The notes below the pieces were generated by a model, which ran no database searches, was not told where the DNA came from, and saw nothing but the letters and a program-made list of their open reading frames with translations. Shown in pieces: positions 52,588 through 62,961 of a DNA stretch of 64,000 nt. A program made the position numbers and the translations under genes. Location: positions 1 to 64,000 of the forward strand of contig CAVTZU010000013.1 in NCBI GenBank assembly GCA_963739305.1. Direction: 5' to 3'. Numbering within the stretch: the stretch's first letter is position 1; every line of letters begins with the position of its first letter. The stretch comes from Candidatus Bathyarchaeota archaeon (GTDB taxonomy: Archaea > Thermoproteota > Bathyarchaeia > Bathyarchaeales > Bathycorpusculaceae).

Positions 52588-53334
52588 ATGGCGGTTCAGA
52601 CTCTTGATAGGCTTACGGAAGAACCGTATGCATCGATCATATGCTACCCGAAAGTCCGAAAAATCGAGCTTAAGAAACGTTTGAACGGGCTCAGAAAGCT
52701 CGGAATAACTGCCTTGGAATTCTCTGGGCAGAAGCGGTTGCTCAACACTTGCGTCTTGGGAAAAGGATGCGTTGGCATCGTAGTGATTGCTTGGAGGAAG
52801 GGTCGAAGGGTGGCTTTGAAGATTCGGCGAGTTGACGCTGATCGAGAGAACATGATCCGAGAGGCCGAACTTCTGAGAAAGGCAAACCGCCAGAAAGTAG
52901 GCCCAAAACTAATAGACTTTTGTAACGACTTTCTCGTAATGAAGCTCGTCAGAGGCGACCTGCTGCCAAAATGGATTGAAAAAAGAGTTGGCAAAACGCA
53001 GGTGCAGAGAGTATCACGTGAGATCTTGGAACAATGCTGGAGACTAGACGTTGCGGGATTAGACCATGGCGAATTGAGTCATGCTCCAAAGCACATAATC
53101 ATAGACGCTGGAATGAACCCGATTATCGTTGATTTTGAGACTGCCAGCGAAAATCGGAGATCGTCAAACGTCACTTCGATGTGTCAATTCCTTTTTATGA
53201 GCAAAACCATGTTGAGAATCGCTCGAAAGATAGGCATTGCAGATAAGGAAGTCATTATTGATGCCCTGCGAGGTTACAAAAGGGAAATGAATCGTGAGAA
53301 TTTTGATCGAGTGTTAGAGTCCTGCGGTCTTTAG
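52588..53334 (+). CDS. Atypical (RIO/Bud32-like) Ser/Thr protein kinase
   Basis: LGKGCVG, VALK, EAELL, DHGEL, IVDFE. Confidence 0.85.
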   Translation: MAVQTLDRLTEEPYASIICYPKVRKIELKKRLNGLRKLGITALEFSGQKRLLNTCVLGKGCVGIVVIAWRKGRRVALKIRRVDADRENMIREAELLRKANRQKVGPKLIDFCNDFLVMKLVRGDLLPKWIEKRVGKTQVQRVSREILEQCWRLDVAGLDHGELSHAPKHIIIDAGMNPIIVDFETASENRRSSNVTSMCQFLFMSKTMLRIARKIGIADKEVIIDALRGYKREMNRENFDRVLESCGL

Positions 53335-53552
53335 GTTATGTAGCCTTTGGTCAACTCTGACCTGTGATTTTCTGAGTTGAGGTCTTCAATCTTTAGCTCT
53401 TTTACAAGCTGAGAAAGTTGAAGCCAGGTCTCTACTTGAAGCTGCCTCGCCACTCTTCTCTTGTCATAGATGAGGGGTACGTGGTCAACGAAAACCCAGC
53501 CGCAGGACTCGGCCATTTCTCCCTTCTCCGGCAGTAGAAAAGGCATTTTCAT
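53331..53552 (-). CDS. Small hypothetical protein
   Basis: Short ORF; purine-rich ribosome-binding site before the internal ATG (MAESCG). Confidence 0.4.
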   Translation of the reverse strand: MKMPFLLPEKGEMAESCGWVFVDHVPLIYDKRRVARQLQVETWLQLSQLVKELKIEDLNSENHRSELTKGYIT

Positions 53553-53615
53553 CCCTTATAACGGCCTATGTAAAAATAGAATAGAAGAAAATTCTAGAAT
53601 TGAATGCTGTGTTGG

Positions 53616-54701
53616 TTAGGCAAGTATCTGGTTTATTCGGCCTTTTTCAAGTGCTTGTTTGATTTCCATCGCTATTCTTTTTCCAGTGTACATGTTTTGT
53701 CCGTACTTCAGGTACGCGTAGGGAGAGGTTCCAATTCCGACGTTAGTTCCTGCAACGATTCGGGCAGAGATTTCGAAAGTATAGATGTCCAGGCTGTCTG
53801 TGATTACTGTTTCCAAGCAGAACGGGCCGATTATTCCTGGTGGCGCGAGTTCGGCGGATTTTTTCATCACGTTGTCTCCCATTCTTATAAGTTCCGGAAG
53901 TAACGATTCCCTCAGTGTTATTGGAATGTTTCCCACTATTGTGTAGGTTGGGTTGACTCCGATTTCAAGCTGGTCCTTCGCAGGAATTCGTCCGATGGCG
54001 TCTACGCCCGACTCGTACCGCCTGTCCACGCCGAGGAATTCTACGTCTCCCTTGATTATCGACGCGAAATATTGCGGGTAAACGTTGACTCCCAGAATAT
54101 ACTCCTGTAGATGGATTTGGTTTAGATCTTCTTTCGTGAGCAGGTGTCTCTGGATCATGTCGCTTACTTTCTTCTTGAAGGACTCGGGTGAACTGACTAG
54201 AAAGTAGCCTCTTCCGCCCTTTGCACCGGGCAGTTTTGCTATGGCTAAGCCTTTGATCTCTTCAGCCTTCTTGTATGTTCTCGGCAGTCGAAGTCCCGCA
54301 CTTCGTAACCATTCTTCCTGTTTTGTACGGCTGGCTTCCCATTGGAGAAGCTGTCTGTTGCCAAACATTGGAACATACAGTTCGTTGGTCAACTGCTCAG
54401 TGCTCAAGTATGCGGTGAACGAGCCGTGAGGAACAAGAATGGTGTTTAGGCTTCTCAGTTTTTCTTGGAGTTTTTCATCAAGTAGATCTTTGAAGTCTTT
54501 GACGATGATGACGTTATCTGCCAACGGGAACTTTTCGTACAGTATCTTGTCCTCTTTCTTGCAGAGACTAACGGTTTTGAAACCCTCTTCTTTTGCCCCT
54601 TTGAAAATGTTCAAAGCTGAATGGGACCCCAAGGTTCCAATAGTGAGGTTCCTGAGGTCGTATCCGCTGATTATTTTTCCAATTTTCTTAGAGGTGATCA
54701 A
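53616..54701 (-). CDS. purP: AICAR formyltransferase PurP (ATP-grasp)
   Basis: TLGSHSAL, PHGSF, GAKGGRGYF, RESLL, EISARIVAGTN. Confidence 0.92.
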   Translation of the reverse strand: MITSKKIGKIISGYDLRNLTIGTLGSHSALNIFKGAKEEGFKTVSLCKKEDKILYEKFPLADNVIIVKDFKDLLDEKLQEKLRSLNTILVPHGSFTAYLSTEQLTNELYVPMFGNRQLLQWEASRTKQEEWLRSAGLRLPRTYKKAEEIKGLAIAKLPGAKGGRGYFLVSSPESFKKKVSDMIQRHLLTKEDLNQIHLQEYILGVNVYPQYFASIIKGDVEFLGVDRRYESGVDAIGRIPAKDQLEIGVNPTYTIVGNIPITLRESLLPELIRMGDNVMKKSAELAPPGIIGPFCLETVITDSLDIYTFEISARIVAGTNVGIGTSPYAYLKYGQNMYTGKRIAMEIKQALEKGRINQILA

Positions 54702-55789
54702 GTTACTATTTCCTTGAGTCTGTTCTCATCGGCTGCTCGGCGCAATTCCATTGCCACTCTTCTTCCCGGTCCTACGGGCATAGAATACTTGTATTCCATA
54801 TAAGGAGAAGTCGGTTCTACGCACGGGCATCCTGGCACTCGTGGACTGACATCAAATACGTAGAAGTCTAAGTCTTTTGATACGGCTCCTTGGAGAGAGA
54901 AAAGGCCAATCATCCCTGGGGGATATTCCTTCTTGCACACGCGCACGAATTTTTCGGCGGCGTCAAAAATCTTTTCCAGTTGGCTTTCGCGCATCGTTAC
55001 TCCCATGTGGCCTATCTCGATGTTCTGAATCGGAACGTGGAATTCCATCTGAGTTTCTGCTGGTAGGTCAAGTATGCCATCTAGGTTTGTTTGGATCCTC
55101 TTGTCAAACCCGAGAAAATCGATTTCATCTGTCAATGGTGACCAGAAATAGTTTGCGTTGAATTTCGCTCCTAGAACGTATTCTTCTATGACCGACTTTT
55201 CGAGGTCTTCTCGAGTTATAACCCCATGCAGGATTAGTTGTTCTGCCTTCTTCTTGAACTCGGCCGGGGAAGTCGCGTAGAAAAATGCGCGTTCGATCTT
55301 GCGTTGTTTTTCGGGAACCTTGACTATTACTAGTCTGTCTATTTCTTTGGGAGAAACGAATGTCTTCGGCGTCAACAGTCCGCCTTTCTTGAGGAGATAG
55401 TACTGGTTTCTTGGTGTGTTGCGCTCTTCGGTTTTGAGGATGTATCTGTTTCCGAAGATCGGGACGGCAAACTTTTCTTCGATGTTCTCGTATCCCAAAT
55501 AGACCGAGAAGGATCGGTTTGGAACAAAAACAGTAGAGAGGTCTGTCAGTTTTTTCAGGTTTTCCTCTCTTGTCATGTCTGAGAAGTTTTCGAGAAGCAG
55601 CACGTGGTCAAACAGTTTGCGATAGTATTTAGTGTAGGTCTTTTCTCGACCCTTCTGGCATACGACGACAGTTTCAAAACCCTCTTGTTTGGCACCGTGT
55701 GCGACTTCGAGTGCGGAATGTGAGCCTAGGACTCCGATCCTCAGTTTTTTCCGATTGTAACCGCTGACTACTTTTTTGATGTCTTTCAT
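54698..55789 (-). CDS. purP: PurP-like paralog
   Basis: LGSHSALE, PNRSF, IERAFF, DVSPRVPG. Confidence 0.88.
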   Translation of the reverse strand: MKDIKKVVSGYNRKKLRIGVLGSHSALEVAHGAKQEGFETVVVCQKGREKTYTKYYRKLFDHVLLLENFSDMTREENLKKLTDLSTVFVPNRSFSVYLGYENIEEKFAVPIFGNRYILKTEERNTPRNQYYLLKKGGLLTPKTFVSPKEIDRLVIVKVPEKQRKIERAFFYATSPAEFKKKAEQLILHGVITREDLEKSVIEEYVLGAKFNANYFWSPLTDEIDFLGFDKRIQTNLDGILDLPAETQMEFHVPIQNIEIGHMGVTMRESQLEKIFDAAEKFVRVCKKEYPPGMIGLFSLQGAVSKDLDFYVFDVSPRVPGCPCVEPTSPYMEYKYSMPVGPGRRVAMELRRAADENRLKEIVT

Positions 55790-55802
55790 AAAGTGATCAT
55801 TT

Positions 55803-56855
55803 TCACTTTGCTTTTTCAGATTTATATTTGTCGATCACTTCAGCAAGGCTCGGAACGTCAAAGAACCTGCGTTCAGTTAATTCGTTTGAAACGGCCATGT
55901 ACATTTCACTGATGATTTCTTTCAGTTTGGGATCCAACTTTGGTGGTTGGGATCTACAAAGCGTCTGCCATTCTTTTATTCCCGTTTCTTCAGCCTTCTT
56001 TTTTGCTTCTTCAACGTCTCTGAACCAGCTTGTCTTCTTGTAGAATTGTCTGGCTATTTCCTTACTCACGTGTAAATCTTGATAGGTGAACCGGCATTCG
56101 TCGAGTGTGCCGACGACATCGACGACCATCAGTTTCCTTTCATGGTTGAGTGCGAGTTCGATTTTTCCATCTTCGTTTTCTAAGTCGGCTTTGAGTGCTA
56201 TTTGGGTTATCGTGTGGTTGACTTTTGATAATAATTCTCTGACGCCTTCAACTTCCTCTGCTGTTAAGCCGGCTATTTCTTTCGCTTCTTTCCACGTGAG
56301 ATAACGATCCTTTTCTTCGAGTTTTGTGCTCACGTCGAATATGGGTTTTGAAAATCTCTCGCCTGGTCTTGGGTAGTGGGTTAAACCAAGTTCTTCAATG
56401 CTCATTTGGCCTTGCTCCAGCCGTTTGAACACGGAGGAACCTTCTGGCAGCCCGTTTCGATATATTATTTCGAGTGGAATTAAGCAATTTTTTGTGTTTG
56501 GAGTGTACGCGCTGTAGTCATAGTTCAGCTTTCCATCTTTGACGTAAGCGTTGGGTCGGTAAACGTTGACCAAGTCAATTTCCATCGTGTTCGAGGGTTT
56601 CGAAAGATCGTCGAATTTCGCGATTTTACCTGTTTCCTTGAGCAGGCCTCTGTAGTGAGTTTTGATGCCTTTTTCTTCAAGTCTTTCGAAGCAGTAGGCG
56701 CCCATTAGGCACAGCGCTGCCCCTTTCCCTTCTATCTGATCAGGCATTTCGCCCCAATCAAAGACCGAATATCTGTCGGAGAAGTGAAAGCGTCCGATTC
56801 CCATCTTGTCTTGCGTTGGCTTCAGAACGGTCTCAAGGTCTTTTACGCTGCCCAT
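55803..56855 (-). CDS. purC: SAICAR synthetase (long archaeal form)
   Basis: MGSVKD, FSDRYSVFDWG, STKLE, DGKIE, GTLDECR, SKE..RQ. Confidence 0.92.
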   Translation of the reverse strand: MGSVKDLETVLKPTQDKMGIGRFHFSDRYSVFDWGEMPDQIEGKGAALCLMGAYCFERLEEKGIKTHYRGLLKETGKIAKFDDLSKPSNTMEIDLVNVYRPNAYVKDGKLNYDYSAYTPNTKNCLIPLEIIYRNGLPEGSSVFKRLEQGQMSIEELGLTHYPRPGERFSKPIFDVSTKLEEKDRYLTWKEAKEIAGLTAEEVEGVRELLSKVNHTITQIALKADLENEDGKIELALNHERKLMVVDVVGTLDECRFTYQDLHVSKEIARQFYKKTSWFRDVEEAKKKAEETGIKEWQTLCRSQPPKLDPKLKEIISEMYMAVSNELTERRFFDVPSLAEVIDKYKSEKAK

Positions 56856-56864
56856 GTTTTCATC

Positions 56865-57344
56865 CTATTTGAGTTTCTTCACTGAACTGTCGGCTTCTTC
56901 TATCGTTTTTTTCTTCGCTTCTTGGTACTGTTCGACGTGTTTTTCTAGAGTTCCGTCTTCCAAGGCGAGGATCTTTGACGCCGCGAGAGCAGCTCCTTCG
57001 GGTTCAATTATGGTTAGAGAGGCGACGCCGCTTGGGACTCGGAGTGAGGAATAGATGTCCGCCCCAGCGAATTTATCCGAGTAGGGGGGACAAGCGATGA
57101 CCGGCTTCGACGTGTTGGCATCTACGAAGGCGCTTAGGGCGTTGGATCTTCCGGCAACCGTTACGTAGACGATCTTTTCGTTCTCGTATTCTCTTAGGAT
57201 TTTCAGGACTTTTTCGGGCGTTTTGTGCGCCGAAGCGACGCGGAACGCGAATTTCACTCCGAGCGTCTTGAGGGTTTTTGCGATTTCTTGAGAGAATTCC
57301 AAGTCGCGTTCTGAGCCCATGAGTATGATGACTTTGCCGTTCAT
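56865..57344 (-). CDS. purE: AIR carboxylase / N5-CAIR mutase
   Basis: MGSERD, ASAHKTP, AGRSNAL, PVIACP. Confidence 0.92.
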   Translation of the reverse strand: MNGKVIILMGSERDLEFSQEIAKTLKTLGVKFAFRVASAHKTPEKVLKILREYENEKIVYVTVAGRSNALSAFVDANTSKPVIACPPYSDKFAGADIYSSLRVPSGVASLTIIEPEGAALAASKILALEDGTLEKHVEQYQEAKKKTIEEADSSVKKLK

Positions 57345-57388
57345 GTTTGCACGCAGCAACTATTCTGCTAGAACGTTCAAGGTACTAA

Positions 57389-57661
57389 TTAGTTTTTAAC
57401 GTAGAATTCGTCTTTGGAAAAGACGGGTTTCTTTTTGCGTCTCCAGAACACTAGCGTGAGGGTGACAGCAACGCCTATGGCAAAACCGAGCGCGAAAATC
57501 ATGACGCTTAGGGTTGTTATGTCGGAGGATACGCCTATGATTGCTATTGCCAGCATTCCTGTGAGGAAACCTGCGATGAACACTGCGAAGTCCAAGACCA
57601 GTGATGCACCGAAGTCACGGTTTTTCCAGTCCATGCAGTTGCCCCACTTCATCAAGGGCAA
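57389..57661 (-). CDS. Small two-TM membrane protein
   Basis: Two hydrophobic helices and an RRKKK tail. Confidence 0.65.
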   Translation of the reverse strand: MPLMKWGNCMDWKNRDFGASLVLDFAVFIAGFLTGMLAIAIIGVSSDITTLSVMIFALGFAIGVAVTLTLVFWRRKKKPVFSKDEFYVKN

Positions 57662-57707
57662 TTTCTAGATCGCTCTTGAGACAAAAACCTTTCCTATGAG
57701 TGTCTGA

Positions 57708-58070
57708 CTACGTGCCTTTGTTTCGGTGGCCTTCGCCGTAACGGTATTCTCTGCTCTTGTTTTTTTGAAGCTTCTTCTCGAACATTTCATCCATGTTCAC
57801 TGTGGGGCAGGCCAGTCTGCTGGTATCCAGAATGTAGAATATTGCATCGACGAGTTCCTCAGCGATTTTTTCTTCGCTCTCTCCCTTTTTCCAAGCGTCA
57901 CTTGCTTCGCCGAGTTCAATGAAACCAAAGAGCAGCTTCTTTGGAATGTCTTCTGATCTGTTGTAGAATCCTTTCTCTATCACTAGGGCTTCTATTTCTT
58001 TCTTCATTTCTTCCAGATTCAATGCCTCTCCCTCGTTCGTCCGTGTCGAATCAGCTTTTTGATCGGTCAA
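57708..58070 (-). CDS. MazG-like nucleotide pyrophosphohydrolase
   Basis: ELGEA...EELVD motif, KL.KN..R. Confidence 0.85.
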   Translation of the reverse strand: MTDQKADSTRTNEGEALNLEEMKKEIEALVIEKGFYNRSEDIPKKLLFGFIELGEASDAWKKGESEEKIAEELVDAIFYILDTSRLACPTVNMDEMFEKKLQKNKSREYRYGEGHRNKGT

Positions 58071-58244
58071 CGGACCTTTTAAGCCTTAACTTGTCTGCTT
58101 GGGAACTAAGATTCTTGGCGCACTGAGTGGCAAGATGACTATTTGAATTGAGAATGAGGAATAAATATGATGCAGGAAGTTTCCGTTTAACCTCCATTCA
58201 ATCACTTTCACGACGGAGCTCTTTGGTCAGTTCGCTCTTTTGGT

Positions 58245-58709
58245 GATGTTCTTGAGTTCTTTCAATATTTCGGTGACGATTTTTCTTGCTTCTGAGAGTC
58301 AGATCGTGACAGAGTTTGCCGTTTAAATGCCTGCTTCATTTGCAACGATTCGACCTTTGGGTTATGGTTGTCACTTCCGGTCACGACGGACACTGCGGCG
58401 GGTCTTCGGTTAGTTCGTATTCTCCTATTTTGGTCCAGGGAATATTATGATCGGGACAGACGTGTGCATCATTCAGCGTATTGAATTAGCATTGTTTGCT
58501 GTGTAGAGCTTCATGAGGTTGATGGCCGTCACGTAGACTGCTGCGAGAGACTGGTTGGCCGCCTGCGAATTGGCTCAGCACGTAGAGCGATGTGGGAATT
58601 GATATTGCAGCTTGTACGTATGGGAGTATGAAGACTTTGAAGATTTTGCTTAGGGCGAGTTTTCTGAGTGGTATAGTGGCTTCTTCATGAGTTTTTCTGC
58701 ACCGAATAT
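58245..58709 (-). pseudogene. Decayed duplicate of the flippase 3' end (matches 58976-59437)
   Basis: Long near-identical blocks interrupted by many 1-nt indels. Confidence 0.85.
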
Positions 58710-58888
58710 CGAATGTACACTGTGTCTCCGGGGTTTGCAGCGTTTATGGCTGCTTGTATGGATGAATAGTCGTCTGGAACAGTTATGGTCTTTGGCACAG
58801 AGTAGAGTTGACAAGCTCCGCAACTGACAGGCAGGAAACTGATGATTATCGAGATGAGAATAGTCGGGAGGAAGAGTTGCCCTTTCAA
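58710..58888 (-). pseudogene. Truncated N-terminus of a secreted parallel beta-helix (NosD/pectin lyase-like) protein
   Basis: Signal peptide + TITVPDDYSSIQAAINAANPGDTVYIR, then joins the flippase remnant. Confidence 0.75.
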
Positions 58889-58951
58889 GGATCATCAATC
58901 GGATAATCTTTTTCTGCTCTTTTATGGCTTTCGTCTTCTAGGGATTTTCCA

Positions 58952-60468
58952 TTACTCTTCTTTCCCTCTCCTTAAGATGTTCTTGAGTTCTTTCCATATT
59001 TCGGCGACGATTTTTCTTGCTTCTGGGTCGATCGTCAAGAGTATTGCCATATAAATGCCTGCGCCAGTTGCAACTTCCGCGACCGTTAGGGTTATGGTCG
59101 TAACGTCCGGCAGCATATGAAGGACAACTGCGGCGGGCGTAGCTGCGAGTGCATATTTTCCAATGTTCATCCAGGGAATTTTGATCGGGACGGACGTGTG
59201 CATCATCGCGTATTGAATTAGCATTGTTGCTGTGTGGGCTACGAGGTTGATGGCCGTCACGTAGACTGCTGCGAGGACGGGTTGGCCGCCTGCGAATTGA
59301 CTTAAAACGTAGAGCGATGTGGGAATTGATATTGCCGCTTGTACGTATGGGAGTGTGAAGACTTTGAAGATTTTGCTTCGGGCTAGTTTTCTGAGTGGTA
59401 TAGTGGCTTCTTCATCGAGGCTTTCTGCCCCGAAAATGACGTTTGTGCCAAATTGAGTTATCAGGAGGATGAATGCGTCGACGGCCAATAGAAGCAGGAT
59501 CGGCGTTGCTTGATTATAGTCTACCTTTAGGACTGTGAGGAGTGAATCCGGGATGGAGAGGACAATGGTTGTCATTGGAATCGCGAACATGAGTACAGTT
59601 TTGAGCGAATCGGTGACGTCTTTCATGTTGTTTTCTGCCAGAAGTTTTGGGTATAACGCGTACGAGAGGAACAGCGCGTAGCCGATCATTGCTGCGAACG
59701 TGGTTGCTGCTTGGTAGTTTCCTCTGGCTGCTTGGCTGCCCAGGAGGAAGAGTAGGATTATTGGGATAGCAGCGAGTTGGGTTCCGATTGCGTTGTAGAG
59801 GTTGACTGTTGAGCCTTTGAGCCATTCTCTGGCGTACGTCCATTGGATTTTCTGTTTGAGTTCTCCTGCGGTGAGTGTCAGGTAATAGATCACCTGCACG
59901 CTGACGCCCACTATGAGGCTTAGGAGTGCACCGAGGAAGAGCTGTTGGAATCCTACGATCAGCACGTAAGCCAAGTGATTTTCGTGATTTCCTCTATGAG
60001 GAGTCCATACCCGATAGCTTGCGGTTTCTTAGCTCTCAGGATGGATTCGAGCATGACGACTAGGTGCAGGTTGATGATCTGAGCGGAAGCGATAAGGTAC
60101 ATTGCCACGTACTGCCCGCCGATGTTGAACGCGCGAGTAAGGCTGGGGGTAAGTGAGATGTAGATTGCGGCTGAGGCCAGTGAAATGATGAGGTTTGCGA
60201 GGAGTCCGGTTTTTGCGGCTCCCTGTTTCTGACGCGCGGCGAAGCGTACGGCCCAGAAAGGGAAGAGTCCGCTGAAGAGGAGGAAATAGCCGACGAGGTC
60301 GAAGATGTTGGCCCATATTCCGTATTCTTGCTGGGTCATGTTTCTCGAAAGCAAGAGCGTGAAAAAGAGTCCCGTGACTATGCTAATGATTTGAGCTGTG
60401 AAGATTATGAAACCCGTGTACTGGATTCTGATCGTGTTTTTTGCCAAGTGCTGGTCCCGTAGGATCAC
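58952..60468 (-). CDS. Polysaccharide flippase (MOP/Wzx family), frameshift at about 59973
   Basis: About 12-14 TM helices, LSRNMTQQEYG; EEITKIT|LAYVL needs one extra T. Confidence 0.8.
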
Positions 60469-60489
60469 GGTGCGTGAAGGTTGTTGTGT

Positions 60490-60578
60490 TGGCGCCGGGA
60501 GTGGGACTCGAACCCGCGCGGCCCCAAAGGGCCACTGGCTCTCAAGGCCAGCGCATTAATCCGCTCTGCCATCCCGGC
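60490..60578 (-). tRNA. tRNA-Ser(TGA) with long variable arm, CCA encoded
   Basis: GCCGGGA...TCCCGGCGCCA, anticodon arm CTGGC-CTTGAGA-GCCAG, variable arm GGCCC-TTTG-GGGCC. Confidence 0.95.
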
Positions 60579-60684
60579 TTTCCAGCGAGGTTGATGTTAT
60601 TCTGGTTGTCGTTAAAAAACTTGTTTAAGGCGTTGTTGTCTGGGTTCTGAGGGTTTTGTTGCATCAAGCATTAATAGTGGCTGT

Positions 60685-61425
60685 TTGTGGTTGTTTGTTT
60701 GGTTGTGTGCGTCTCGGTTGGATGCTTACCTGCTGTATGCTTCGGTTGCTTTGGTTGTTCTAGGTGTGGTGGCCTTGGGTTTGTTTTTTGTTTTTCGCAG
60801 ACGGTTCAGGCGTTTGACAATGGTTTCTAGGGGTTCGGTGGCTAACGTGTTTAATCGGACGTTTGTGGTTTTTGATCCTTATTCGCGGAAGGCGATCGTT
60901 CATAGGTTTTTGAGTTTGTTGCCTTTTGTGCCGTTGGTTTTGGGGTGGAGTATGGCTGTGTTGGTGTTGGTGATTATCAATGCAGGGTTGTTGTTGACGT
61001 TGTTGGTTTCGATTGTGGGTTTGAGTTTGATTGTGCTGGAGGAGTCGGTTGAGGCTCTAGATGAAAGTAAACTGCTTATTCGGGCGATCGAGGGTGGGAG
61101 CAGTTTCGGTGTTGGTGATGTCAGGTTGTTGGCCTTGACGAAGGGGTTGTTGCCGAGGTTGAGCCGATATTATCTGGGGCTTTCTGTGTGTTTTTTTGTG
61201 TTGGCTGGGGTTTTGCCGTTTGTGTGGGGGCAGTTTTTGTTGGGTCTTGGGATGTTCTTGGGGATGCTTGTTCAGGCGAGTGCGGTTCTTGGACCGACTG
61301 GTTGGTTGCTCGGGCTCGGTTTGTACGCTGGCGGGCTCACTGTCTTGTTCTTTTTAGTTACCGTGGCAAAGACACGGATTTTTGGCGGTCGTGTGGAAGC
61401 CGAGTCGTCTGAACTGCACGTTTAG
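60685..61425 (+). CDS. Multi-pass membrane protein
   Basis: About 6 hydrophobic segments. Confidence 0.7.
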   Translation: MWLFVWLCASRLDAYLLYASVALVVLGVVALGLFFVFRRRFRRLTMVSRGSVANVFNRTFVVFDPYSRKAIVHRFLSLLPFVPLVLGWSMAVLVLVIINAGLLLTLLVSIVGLSLIVLEESVEALDESKLLIRAIEGGSSFGVGDVRLLALTKGLLPRLSRYYLGLSVCFFVLAGVLPFVWGQFLLGLGMFLGMLVQASAVLGPTGWLLGLGLYAGGLTVLFFLVTVAKTRIFGGRVEAESSELHV

Positions 61426-61542
61426 GTAATGGCTTGATCATCGTGGTTTTTTGGTTGATGAAAGCCGGAAAATCCTTTCCTTCAGTTCTTTGTGCGCGTT
61501 GACTGGATGAAGCTCTAGGTTTGGCTGCTGGCTGATTCGGGC

Positions 61543-62478
61543 TTACTTGTCTGGAGTAGATTCCGTGTTTTTCTTCGAAAGAACGTACCTGATGTACACC
61601 AGGCCGAGGGTTGGGAGGATTATCATTATAGGTGAAAATAGGCCTAACCAATTTGACAGGCTTGTTGGTTCTGTGCTGATGACTTGGAACGTGTCGAAAT
61701 CGTTTCGCCACTGAAGCCATGGGTCGTTGTAGGGAACGATTGTCGCTCCCAGAGGAGTTCTGCCTTCCAGAATCATTGAGTGGAACATCGGATCAAGCAG
61801 TGTGGCTGTCACTTGAGAGATGGCATATACGGCAGCAATCATGCTGATCGTTATGAACACCGCGTCGAGGCGATGTTTCTTCCAGTAGCGAATCACGTTT
61901 TTGATCGATTCTTTCCTTGGTCTTGAATTGCCGTGCAGGTGGAAGCTGAGTGTGATCGAGATCAGGAACATGAAGGTTGAGGGGTAGGTGAACCAGTAGC
62001 CTCCACCTAGAGAAACGAAATTTTGAGGGTGATAAGCCGCGAGAGTGTTGTACGCTTGAATCATCAGCAGTGTCGCCACGATCGAAAGAAGGAATGGGAA
62101 AATCGCTGCTCTTCGTTTTCCAGGATAGAACGAAACTAGACCGAGGGTCAAAGTTGATACTTGGACGAGGAAGAGAACGGTCAAGACATCAGGTATTATC
62201 GAAATCAATGGAAAGCCTCTTCCGTTATTGAGCCAATAGTCTGTGAACGATTTTGCGAGACTTGAGTTGTCCATTTCGACGCACACACCGTGGTAAGACC
62301 AGCAGACGACGTACCAGAGAGAACGAACGATTCGTGGCGTACCAAACGGGTCTGGCGATGGAGAGATGAAGCCGAAGACCAAGAATGGTTGAATGAACGA
62401 GATCAAGAAGATAAGACATGCAGCCAGCAGTGTAACGTCACGTAGGAATGCCAAGGCTGCTTTCCTATTCTCAATCAT
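61543..62478 (-). CDS. Multi-pass membrane protein (claudin-like N-terminal half possible)
   Basis: About 6 TM segments, 311 aa. Confidence 0.7.
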   Translation of the reverse strand: MIENRKAALAFLRDVTLLAACLIFLISFIQPFLVFGFISPSPDPFGTPRIVRSLWYVVCWSYHGVCVEMDNSSLAKSFTDYWLNNGRGFPLISIIPDVLTVLFLVQVSTLTLGLVSFYPGKRRAAIFPFLLSIVATLLMIQAYNTLAAYHPQNFVSLGGGYWFTYPSTFMFLISITLSFHLHGNSRPRKESIKNVIRYWKKHRLDAVFITISMIAAVYAISQVTATLLDPMFHSMILEGRTPLGATIVPYNDPWLQWRNDFDTFQVISTEPTSLSNWLGLFSPIMIILPTLGLVYIRYVLSKKNTESTPDK

Positions 62479-62651
62479 TAGAATTTCCCCTATTCAGTAT
62501 AATATTTGCTGACATTGCTTAAGATTCCAGTGATTAGAACAGCATTGTACTAGAACAAGAACGCACACCCTTTCTTTATTGAGCTCAGGTTCACGGTGGA
62601 TGTGTTGGCGGGTGAAATTCTTATTAGCTTGGTCATCGATAATTTGGTGAT

Positions 62652-62901
62652 ATGGAGATTCAAGACTGGCGGATGCTCCGAAATCTGCTGTTGATGTTTG
62701 GTATAATACTCATTGCAGGCGGGATTTACGTTGCGTCTAGTGCTGGCCTGCCTGGATCAGGATACCGGGTGGACTACACTGCGTTCGCTCCAGATGGCCT
62801 CTAATGGGTGGGACGTTGGTCTCTTAATCGTTGGAGCATGCCTGATCTCGGCTGCGGTGATTTTTCACTTCAGAGTGAAAGAGGAAGAGTCGATTTCTTA
62901 G
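62652..62901 (+). pseudogene. Small two-TM protein, apparent frameshift near 62760
   Basis: MEIQDWR..LLLMFGIILIAGGIYV in one frame, second TM helix (VGLLIVGACLISAAVIF) in the +1 frame; GGTGA ribosome-binding site. Confidence 0.45.
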
Positions 62902-62961
62902 AAACTCTGCAGTGGCAGCGAACCATTGTCTTTGCGTACCCGACAGAACTCGCAGTCGGTT

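Noticed and set aside
60441-60650. ORF with a PGVGLEP peptide over tRNA-Ser
   Set aside because: Antisense translation of the tRNA with no recombinase domain following, unlike the tRNA-Pro case
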